A stretch of DNA of 64,000 nucleotides from Hydrolagus affinis (lineage: Eukaryota), in contig JAAILG010001262.1 in the NCBI GenBank assembly GCA_012026655.1, forward strand, positions 1-64,000, given 5' to 3'. Each line of letters opens with the position of its first letter. Within the stretch, counting starts at the first letter, position 1. A program made the position numbers and the translations under genes. Below are positions 21,901 through 33,900 of this stretch, piece after piece. The notes below the pieces were generated by a model, which was not told the DNA's origin, made no database searches, and saw only the letters and a list, made by a program, of their open reading frames with translations.

Positions 21901-24900
21901 CTTGAATTTCTGCAGAGATAATTGATTGTGATATTTTGCAGAGATGATTTTCACAAGGACTCTCAACGTGTAGCAACCGTCTGACTTTCATCATTATTTT
22001 TATTTCCTGTGAATCAGGGGCAGCCTGGCTCAATTGGTAAAGAGAGTTTCTCCCAATGTATTGGCCAGCATTCCTTGAATAAAATTGATCATTTACGTAA
22101 TGGCTATATTTGTGGCCAACAAAATAGTCACTACACTTTGCAGTAAATCTCTTTGAAGCACTTGGAGATATCATCCTGACATGAAAGATACTGTATCAAA
22201 TGGAAGGATGATTAGTATTAGACACATTAGTATTAGACACATACATTTGTTTGTGTTCTTTCTCTAACTATGTCAGGATTATATATTATCCGACTTGCAA
22301 CTTAACTCCATTGTATTCAAAGTTATCTTCTGCAAGGAATCTTAAGTGACAATGATTTGCTGTGCATGCCTGCTGCAAAGTATCTCTAGGAGGGATTTTG
22401 TGGTGCAATGATCATAATCAATGCTCTTAGCTCTTTTGAGAACTGTTGCACTGCCCATGAAAGAGCTTCTGATGAGTTAAGTGACCGACTCATGCTGTGC
22501 CATGCTTAACCGTAGGAGAGGTAGGTTTTTGAAACAGGAGAAAGGAATTCAACAAGAGCAGGATTAGTCCTGCTGTAGAACTTGTACAAAATCTTTTTCT
22601 TTGGGCTGCATTTAATCTTAAACTTACACAAGATCGACTTGTGGGGTTTCTTTTTTTTATTTGTAGGAGAGGATCATTTTCCAGACAAGGGCTGAAACCT
22701 ATTGCTCCCCATCCCTGTTAAGTTTCAAGAGTTCTTAAAATGCCATTTAATATCCATTGAATGTCAGTAAGATTGGGTCTTCAGAAAAGAAAACCTTAAA
22801 GATTGTTTAGCATGAAATCTTATTTATCTTCCATAATGGAGGGAGAAGCTTTCAATTTCTAACTGAATTAGTAGGCAAATCACAGTTTAGCATTCAGAGG
22901 TAGGGAAGCGAGATGAATGGGAGTTAATTGAAAGGAGCTACACTTCCCAATTATACTTCATAATCAGGAAGGAGAATGAATAATTCGGATAATAACACAA
23001 CAACAATATAATTACATTTGTAGAGCGGCTTTCACATCGGGAGGATGTCCCGAGGCGCTGGACAGTTGTCAGGACCCGAGCGTGGGGGTGGGGGTGGTGA
23101 GGCGATGTTGGGATGAGGGAGGGCAGAGAGGAAGAAGGGCGGCTGAAGGCATGGAAAGATGGTCTTGAGACTGGTCTTGAAGGGTGGTGGGATGGAATTC
23201 CAAAGCATAGCGATAGAGAGGTTGAAAGCCTGGCCACCGATGGTAGGGTGGTTCGGGCGGGAGACATGTGGCCTGCTGAATGGATGGAGCGGACAGGTTG
23301 ATAGGGGGTCAGCAGGTAGGAGGGGGATACGCCATGGAGGGCCTTGAAAGTGAGGACAAGGATCTTGAATTTGATCCTCTGAGGAATGGGGAGCCAATGG
23401 AGCCGATGGGTGGGGGTGATGGTGTTGCGGAGCTGATGCGGGGTAATAATCAGTGCATTTGATATCGCACTTTTCAATTCTTCTTGGTGTCTCAAAGCGC
23501 TTCATAGAATATACTGTAAAGTAATTATTTCTGCAAATTTGTGGGTGATGTGGATAATGAAGGTTCTTTTTATTGATTTGTGCTATATTTGTAATAGTAT
23601 TATATGTTAAACCATTTAACATTGGGATGAATATTGGATGTGGATGGATAGAAATTGTATGCAATAGAGGAAGATTCCAAGGAATAGGAATGTATATTAC
23701 TATATACAGTAAAAGCCCATTTATCCGGCACCTGCGGGACCTGGCCAATGCCGGTTAAAGCGCCTGCTGGATATTCAGGCGGCCGCAGCCAAAAATCCAC
23801 CACAAAATAATTAAAGTTCTTTTAACACACACCATACACACCAGACTAAATAATAACAGATACTAACAGAATATTGTATTAGTACTTATTGTTAAAACTA
23901 CTCTCTTGCACTTCTCCCTTTACTGATTGAGGTTTACAGTCCAGCGATTCTTTTATAAATGGAGGACTCCAAGCGGGTGAAAAAAATGGCAGGCGCAATT
24001 TTAAAGTCGCGCGACTTTACCAGCGGCAAGCCGATAACCCTAGACTCTAACCGAAATACTGCACCTACGCAACAATGTGGGTTATCGGCTTGCCGCTAGT
24101 AAGGTTTTAAAGTCACGCTCCATTATTTTCATCCGCTTGGCATCCTCCATTTTAAAAAGAATCGCTGGATTATAAACCTCAACCGCAGCATCATGGCTGT
24201 ATCTACCAGCAAAGGTGAGAAGCGCAAGAGAGTCGTTTTAACAATAAGCACCAATACAATATTATGTTATTATTTATGCATTTACAAATGCTCCACCACT
24301 ATTGTTCTGGATAAGTTACGGTTTATCGAATTGGGACTTTTTGGGGGGAGTGCCAGTTATACAGAAGTGCCGGTGCATCGAGTCATGGATAAACAGGCTT
24401 CTACCGAAATTGCAATTCACGATCACAATAATGTAAAGTAATGGGTTCCAGAGTAGGCCATTTAGAGACTGTTCCATCATTTTACTTGATCATAACAGAT
24501 TTTAAAATCTAATTTACATGTCTTTTTTCCATTTCCCTTGAACGTTTATGTTCCAAGTAAATATTTCTGTGTCCTCTACCGCTCCAAGCATCGTGACCCC
24601 ATCTCTCCCATCCTCGACTGACTCCACTGGCTCCCCATCACCCAGAGATTCAATTCAAGATCCTGCTCCTCACATTCGAAGCCCTCCATGGCCTCGCCAC
24701 ACCCTACCTCTGCGACCTCCCAACCTCTACCAACCTGCCCACCCCCTCCGCTCAGTAGGCTCCAGCCTGCTACACGTCCCCCACCCACCCAGAATTGGAG
24801 GGCCAGCCTTCAGCCCTCTGCCCCCAACCTCTGAACTTCATCTCACAGTCCCTCCATCTCGCCCCCTCCCTGGCCTCCTTCAAGTCCTGCCTTAAGACCC

Positions 24901-27900
24901 TCCTCTTCAACTGTCCCATCAGTCACCCCAAATCCCCCCTCTTTCTCTCTACCTTTCCCGTCACCGAACCCAATTGGGGTCTGAGACAATGACTGTCCAG
25001 CGCCTTGGCACATCCTCCTGATGTGAATGTGCTATACAGGTGTAATTTTGTTGTTGTTGTTCCCTTCCTTTAAACATCCCTGACCAGAAAATTCATAATG
25101 CTAACATATTTTATTATAATAATCCTAACATTTGATTATAGCACCTTATGTCGTCAAGGCGTCTCAAGGTGCTTCACAGAATATACTGTAAAATGAATTT
25201 CGTGGACTCAATATACTAACTTTTGTGTTATAATACCACCTCACTGAGTTGGTATTATCTTTCCAACTACAGCAGATTTCTCTGGGCAACAGTAAAATAA
25301 ATGTTACATAAGCATAACATTGCTCACAGTGAGTAGGTGTCAGTAAATCAATGTCTTGAGTTTTGCTTTTCATAAATGCATCTGTTTCACTCTTGTGGTT
25401 TGACGTCACCTATATAGCTTGATTGAATTACCGCCTTGTGACTCTTAAAAACCATGCCATCTATTAGCCTATATATTTATTACCAGGGCAATGATAATAT
25501 TGAATTGAACATAGAGTCATGTTGAAGGAGATCCGTTCCAAAGCACTTAACCAGCATATAGCATTTGCAGATCAAATTTTCCGTGTGTTGCGTTCTAGGT
25601 TTCAGATTGTTATCCACTTTCTAGCTGGTTGAAACACTTGCACTCTTGCTTCAAAAAAGCATTTTGCATCTGTCAACACTGTTTCACCAGTATTAACAGA
25701 CCAGACTCCAAGTGAAATTTCTTTGATTTTTATAGCATGTGTAATAAATTAGATTGTTTAACTGCCATGTTTCTGGTGACCTGTGCAGTATACTATAATC
25801 TGTAAATAATTGTTCTGAGTAGCAGGGTGAGGTATGGTTGTACCTATAATCCTTTCATTGGAGCATCCTTTAGTAAAATGTATAGATTTTCGGTTGCAAT
25901 TCACATAATCTGTTCTAAGCATATTATTCGATCTATTATGCCCTTGATGAGGTGCAACCAAACAACAGCCAAAGTAGAGGACTTACAAACCCTGAATAAA
26001 ATGCCTCCTGTCTGCAAATGCTTTGTCGTGAATGTATACAATTATATAGAGATTTGTCTGGATTTTGTCCAAGTTGCTTTATCCTCCAATCTCAACCTAT
26101 CTGTCAAATATCCATTGTTGAATTACACTGGTGTTTTTTTAAGCTTTCTTGTGCTTTAGTGAGTTTCATCCATAAAGTTTAATGCAACTGCTTGGTTATT
26201 CGGTGTTTCTCATGCTAGTTTTCTACAATCTCTGTCCATTCTCTTATTCCTCCCAGAGGTAACCAATTTTTAATGTGAATCTGGAAATGTTTCAACCATT
26301 GCACTGGTGAGATCACAGCCGAGCCCAATGTTCACAAGCATGTAGGTGTCATTGGACTACCTAATTATAGCATATACACTGCAAATCTAGGTGAGATCAT
26401 TTGACTCAGAGCAGTTTGGGATCAGCCCTGAGATCTTCCGAGCCTGTATAGCTCAATTTCCCACAAGTTGATGGCTTTGTGGACAGAGTTGTGAGATGTG
26501 GAGCCACATTTCCTGGAAGCGAAACAATCTAAAAAAAATTCCTGCTTATTTTACAAAACTGCTAACTAGTCAGGGATGACTTTCATTTAAATAAAACGAT
26601 TGACTTGCATTTAATAAAATGTACACTCTATATGTTATACAATATTGTAATGCTTTCTTCATATTATTTGCCTGTTCAAACCTAAATGACTCCACTTTTT
26701 GCACTGGTTTCTAAATGGAAGGCACAAGAAACCTATTGAATTCCAATATTTTACAATTTAATATATAGGAAACATTACTTTGAATAGTTCCAAAATGTTG
26801 CTTTTGGTCACAGTGTGACATCAATGTTTCAACCACATAATAAGGTACTATATCAAATGCAAGAATTATTTAGTTTATGAGATGTATTTTCTATAGGTTT
26901 CAATGTCTTGCCAGATAGACACGCAGTTGAATCACTATCATTCCTTAATGTTAGTAGAGATATATTAATAATTAAAAGTGAATGAAACTCTTGGGGTCAG
27001 TACAGTGAAGCACTTCATTCCCATAGAATGTTGCTTTTCTTGCTCACAGGACTTCACTTAATAGTTAATTTTTTAAAAAAAATCTTGTTGTAAGTCTTTT
27101 CATTTGAAAACAATCTAGACATAAGCACTTAAATCCTTGAGTTATGACCTTTATCTGTTTTCCATTATTTATTTTCCATAGCAAGTTTGTTTATTCTTTT
27201 GGAGTTTTTCTTTGTTTCTCTCAAATAGTTTGCTTCAAATAGTCTCAAATAAATCCATCTTTTTGAATTTGTATCACCAAGTTTAGTGGGGTGTTTTAAA
27301 ATCAATGATAACATGGTTGTCATGCAGCATATTAACATACCAAAGCACTCTGCCAAGTGTTTGGATGACAGTTTAAACCCCTTTCGCGCTTCCCAATCTC
27401 AGCCTGCCTTGGGAAGTCCTCCCGATGTGAAAGACACTTTACAAATGTAATTTTGTGGTTGTTGTTGTTGTTGCCACCAGTAAGAAGAGTAAATAATTGA
27501 AAGCTAGCTAGGAGAGAGAGGGAAATTTAATTATGCTGGGCTGCTGGGTGAAGGAAGGAAACTGAAGATGTGTAGAAGTACTCCCTGTATTTGGAGTTCT
27601 GTCATTCCAGGTAAACTTTTTTTTAAGAGTTTTCCCAGCAATTTCTGTGTTTGTTTCATATTTCCAGCATCTGTCATATTTTGTGTTTTGTTCATTTTTT
27701 AGATGATGTATTTAATAGAATTTGAATATTATAGCACTGAAACTGGCTGTTTGAACTGTCAATTCTGAATGGTTCCACATTAACCATTTTTGAGAAGTCT
27801 ATTTCAATTCTACTCCACCTATAATTTATCAGTCTTCCCCCCACTTGCTGAATACTAGTATCATCCAGAGGGGGATGAATGCCTCTCTTCCAATTGATTT

Positions 27901-30900
27901 TTGTGTAGCCAGCAGTAGACAGTGTTGATAATGGCCACCTGGTGAGGGCTTGCAGAGGCTGAAAACCAATTAATCCCTTGGGGTTGATGAACCAAACCAC
28001 AGGATACTTAGAGAGACAAGGGAGAAGATTAGTAAAGCACTGACAGACATGTTGTGGGGGTCAATGAAAACTGGGGCAGTTCTCATAATTGTAAATAAGC
28101 AAATGTGGTCCCATGTTCATGAAAGTTGACTGGCAACTACAGATGGCACAGACTCTCTTAGGACTTGTGGTTCATAGACTGGATCAACAATGAGATTTGG
28201 TGACATGGGCGTGTACCTCCAACGTGTAGATAGGTCCTAGTTGGAAAATTAGTTACTAATACAGTAAAAGCCTGTTTATCCGGCACCCTCGGGACCTGGC
28301 CAATGCCGGTTAAAGCGCATGCCGGACATTCGGCCGAAAATGCAAAAAAAAAATTAAATAATGCATTTTTCTGGATAAATTCCGGTTAATCAAATGCGGA
28401 CTTTTTTTTATGCAATGCCGGTCATACGGAAGTTACAGTTGATCGGGTGCCAATAAACGGGCTTTTACTGTACCATTATTTGATTGTATAGTGCAGGAAT
28501 AAGTTATGCAGCTTTGTTGAACAATGCAAGAACTATAGTTAGACCAATTGCAATGCTTGCTCAGGTGTATGTAAAGCATTAAAATAAAGTTCAGTACGTT
28601 TTACTCCACTTTCCTAAGTGTTGCATAGATAATAGCTCACCTCAGAAACATTGCTTACCACAGCACATATATTCTGGGGGTCAAATCTTTATTCCATAAT
28701 ATAATTAAATGTCCGATTATTATATTATAAATCTTTATTCCAGCGATCCTCGTCCTCACATTCAAAGTCATTCTCGGGCTTGCCCCTTTCTATCTCTCTG
28801 ACCTGCTGACTTCCTATCAACACGCCCGCCCCCTCCGTACAGCAGGCTATAGTCTGCCCCAAGTCTGCCGCTCGACCCGCCCTACCATCGGTGGCCTGGG
28901 CTTTCAGCCTCTCTGCCCCCACACTCTGACTTTTCAGCGCTTTGGGACGTCCTCCCAACGTAAAAGGTTACAAAATAAAAGGTTACAAACTAAATGTAAT
29001 TTTGTTGTTGTTGTTTAAATTTCAATAATTTAATGAGTCTGAATGTACTTTTGTATAATACTAACTTTTGTCATACAACCAAACTTTAAAAAAAAATAAA
29101 CCTTGTAATCAGCTTTGTTTTTAGTGTTGGCGATTTAGGTATTGCATTGATTTCTCTTATCCTACCTCCTTCTCAACATCCTCTCCACTGAAACAAAAGA
29201 TTTAATGGTTTGGGATGGTGGTTCAACAAGCTGACAGGATTATGTTTATATTTTACTAAAATGTTTCTCCTGTATGTTGGGGTGGTGGGGGAGGATGTGT
29301 GCCAACCTATCTGAAAGAATACAAATGTTTATTTTTAAATCAAACTGTAGTGTTCGGTAGAGATTGTATCGTTTGCATGAAGGATTAATCCTCCTGGGAA
29401 AGTGACCTCAGCTTCAGGCTGTAATGTGAGTTTTCAGAGTTCTGACGGATCTTCAATCCCATCCATTAATTGCTATTTAGTTACTTAATGTCTTTAGTCT
29501 GCTGTGCCATCTGTGGCACTGAATTACTTGAGTGCGTGCAGCAAGGCTCTTATTAATACTTCATCATAGAGACTTCATTAAACCCTTTGTCAGATGTTTA
29601 TTAACACATACTTTGTCTTTATCTTAAAAATAAATTCTTGCACTTTTAATACCATTTAACAATAGATTATTTCACAGCTTTTATACCATTACTTAGAAGC
29701 TGTCATCAGTATATGTGTGTGTTTTTTCCCCCTCCCTTGAGAAAGGATTAGCTCATTAACTCAGCCTGAATCCATGTCCTGGCTCATGATTGATAGTTTC
29801 TATGTAGGTGGTTTGCAATAACTTTGCGTCATAATATCTTGAAGGATCAACTTAATTTAGATCATTTTTCAGCTGATAGCTATTATGAGAAGTGTATTTA
29901 AACTGGGAATATGAGTTGAGTGAAACCGGAGCAGTTTATTGTTCCGTGAACCCTGAAGTTAAAATTTCATTGTAATTGCTCCTTTCATTACTTTTAAATG
30001 TAAATACAATATTTTATAATGAGCGGAATCAAAGTTAGACGATTTCTGTTGCTATACCAAGAAGATTTTGTATTTGTTAAAAGGGGCTATTACAAGGAAA
30101 CACAAACTGTTTGGTGAAAGGAATCCTCATAAAAATTAAGTCAAATATGAATAAAATTAAAAAAAAAAAAAAAAATGAAATTGTTCTGTAGCTTGAACAT
30201 AAAATCATCCTTTACCTATTGGGTTATGAATTATTGCTACTAATTTACCTCAATTTAACAAATTACAGAGGAACAACATTCTAACAGTTTTTAATTTAAA
30301 AATAAAAGTGTTTAAATTTGAATGTGTATTATGTATCCCAGTTTTTGAAAGTTCTCTTAAATAAGTCACTTTCAACACAAAGCAGTCCATTTGCTTCAGG
30401 TTTTGGTCTTGTGTGATGCAATATTTATTTTTAACTTGGCCAATCTCAGTTCATTAGGGAAAGTAGTAGATATGTAATTTCCTTTTTCTGAATAGTTTTT
30501 CTGAATGGTGTTTGAATAAAAAGTGGGAGCAACCATTTTTAGCAGTGATGCAATATAATGACAAAATATTCATTATACTTTTTTAGAGCATATCCTGTGA
30601 AGTGCTTTGAGACGTCCTTTGTTAAAGAGAAAGTCAAATGCAAGGATTATTATTATATTGTGTGTGCTTACAATATTTATTTGTGAGCCATATTTTCCCT
30701 CTGTTAAATTGAGTGAATCTGGGAACCATAAGGAAAAAAAAATCTACAGTGACTGATGGCATCAAAGTACTTCAGAAGTAATTATTAAATTAATTTCCTA
30801 TGTTTGTAGGCAAACACAGCAGCAATTTGTCCTAAGAAGGCCCTTCAAACAGCCATGAGGTGAATGACCAATTAATCTGAAGGGTTTTTGTATTGTGTTC

Positions 30901-33900
30901 TCTGTGGGAATCCATTAATCCTTTTTGCATGTTTTTATACTCTTTTAATGATTGATTTTACATTTGACCTTCTCTACTCTTCAGAAAAACTGTTCAGAAA
31001 AAACAGTTTCTCTTCAGAAAAAACAGTTTTTAAAGTGCTGACATTTTCCAGCTCTTCTCTCATTTCTCTCTCCTCCCACCACATTGGCCTTAAAATAATG
31101 AGCTCCAAGAAGAAATGTGAATTTTGAAAGTTCTTGTGATGAAAAGTGATGAAAGTCTGACTACTTTCTATTGGGATCAATGTTCGTCTGTACGTCCCTA
31201 AGACCCATGGGGCCCTCTCTCACCACCACTATAACCCACATGAAACCGACCACCTGCTCCCTTGACCCTATCCCTCTCTTTACTTCCCAGCTCCACCTCC
31301 TTGCCCCTCTACTCACAGACATCATAAATCTTTCCCTATCCACTGGCACAGTTCCCACCCCTTTAAAAACAGCTGTCAATATTCCTATCCTGAAAAACAA
31401 ATCTCCCTGGACCCATTGCTACTCTCAAATTACTGCCCTATCTCCAAACTCCCTTTCCTTTCCAAGGTCCTGGAACGAGTTGTTGCTTCCCAACTTTGCT
31501 CCTTCCTCTCCCGCCAATCCCTTGACAAACCCCTCCAATCCGGTTTCTGTGCCACCCACAGCACAGAAACAGCTTTGATCAAAGTGATAAATGATATTTT
31601 GTCCATCTGCAACCAGGGCTTCCTCTGCCTCCTCGTCCTCCTTGACCTTCTGCTGCCTTCGATACCATTGTCCATTCTATCCTCCTCCACCCCCTCTTCT
31701 CTCACCTCAACCTTCATCTCTCTGTCCTCGAATGGTTCAGATCCTACCTCTCCCTCTGTCTCCACTTAATCTCCACAAACAGTTTCTCCTCTGCCCCTCA
31801 CGACTGCTTGTGCAATGTTCTTTAGGGCTCATTCCTTGGTCCCCTCCTCTTCAATAACGATATGTTCCCTCTTGGTGACATCATCTACCAAGATGGAGTC
31901 AACTTCCACGTCTATGCAGATGACATGCAACTCAATCTTTCTGACTCCACCCTCAACTCTTGGACCACTGCTGTCCTGTCAGAATGTCTTGTCAGACATC
32001 AAGTCCTGGATGAAAGCCAAGAACAACAACAAAATTACATTTATACGGTTGAATGTGAACAAGACAGAGGCCCTCCTGATAGGCTCCCGTCAATGCCTCC
32101 ACACCACAGCCACTGACAGCATTGCCATCCAAGAATGCACACTCCATCTCACTGCGCCAGTATGAAACCTTGGCATCTTGTTTGATCCTCAGGTATCCTG
32201 TCTACCTTACAGCCATGCCATAACCTGCTCTGCCTTCCCTCACCTCTACTATATTGCCCGGCTCCTCCACTGTCTCACACGCAGGCCGCTGAGATTCTCA
32301 TACATAATATCCAGGCTTGACTATGCAAACTCCCTTCTTGTCAGCCTTCTCAACTACTCATTCCATAGGCTGCAGATTATTCAGAGCCTGTGTCCTCTCA
32401 CACTCCAGGCTCACCCACATTCTTGCCTGACTCCACTGGCTTCCCATCACACAAAGAATACAGGTCAAGAACCTGGTCCTCACTTTCAAGGCCCTCCATG
32501 GCCTTGCTTCCTGCTACTGTGACCACTTCCTAACCTCCTACCAACCTGCCCACTCCATCTGCTCAGCGGCCTCCAGCCTGCTTCACATCCCCCACCTTGC
32601 TTGGGACATCCTCCCGACGTGAAAGGCGCTCTATAAATGTAATTTGTTGTTGTTGTTGTTGCCCCACCATTGGCAGACCGGCCTTCAGCCATTCTGCCTT
32701 GTTCAAGACCAGTCTCAATACCATCCTTTCTACTGTGCATTCGATCATCTTTTTTCCTCTGCTCTTCACCCTTTCCGATCCCAACCCCCAGCTCAGGTTT
32801 GAAACACTGATTGTCCAGCGCCTTGGACCGTCCTTCTGATGGCATTATACAAATGTAATTGTGTTGTTGTTGCTGGATGCGTGCATCAGGGAGCTACTTA
32901 GAAACAAGAGCTCATGTTGAAGCGAGATTGTGCTGCACCTGTAAACAGATTAGTTTATCTCTATAATCTCTGTTATTTAAGTATCCTGCATGCTCCATTT
33001 TTCAGAATTGTTTAACTTCATAATTATCAGGGGTCTCTCTCTTGCACTCTCTTTGGTTCACCCAATCCTGAGCTCATTATTGTCTAAAAGTAATCTTGAA
33101 ATACCAATACAAGCTTCAGTGACTTTAAAAGGATTATGAACTCCTGCCGTGAATTAAGGTTTTAAAAAATAAAGTTACCTAGTTTCTAATAGTTTTTGAT
33201 AGGTGGCATATTGTAGCTATAATGTGGTTTAGTTTTCACAAATGTATTGTGTCGTTTAATTTCCGAGTGAACTTTGTGTGTGGCACTTTTTAATCGCCAA
33301 AATACTGTAATAAAATTACAATAAGTAGGCTGTTTCCACTTGTTGATGAGTCAAAACAAGTGCGCATAAATCTAAGATAGCCACTAACAAATAGAAATTA
33401 GAGTTTAGCTTCTCAGAGAATACCTTTGCACAGAGAGCGGTGAGATTGTGAAACTCACCATCTCAGACATCTTGTCAGATGGTGGTTGAAGTGGAAAGCA
33501 GCAAAGAGAAACAAGAGGACAAAGAAATGTATTTAACAGAGAACTTGATGCATACATGAGGAAGAATGAATTAGAAGTGTATGGAAGGGGTATAGTGGTA
33601 TATCAAGATAGTTGGATGCTTGTGTGGAGTACAAACAGTTTTTTGGACTAGTTGGACCAAATAGCAGTTTTATTGCTGTACAGCCTATGTAATACATATA
33701 TCTTTAATTTTGGGAAGGCAGGTGTTTAATGCTGTGAAGAAAGTTAATGGGATCCTAGGTTTTCAAGACCCTCCTTCGCCCCCATCTTTGGTCAACCCCC
33801 AAACCCCTCATCTCCTTGCTCTCCATCTTGCCCAATCCCAAGCCTCAGCTTGGGTCCAAATCCTTGACTGTTCAGCACTTTAGGACATCCTGCTGATGTG

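Noticed and set aside
23032-23748. 238-aa minus-strand ORF
   Set aside because: Chance read-through across a MITE end, unique DNA, a SINE tail and an off-frame L2 fragment
30159-30175. Poly(A) run as a retrocopy tail
   Set aside because: No upstream processed-gene or element body and no target-site duplication visible
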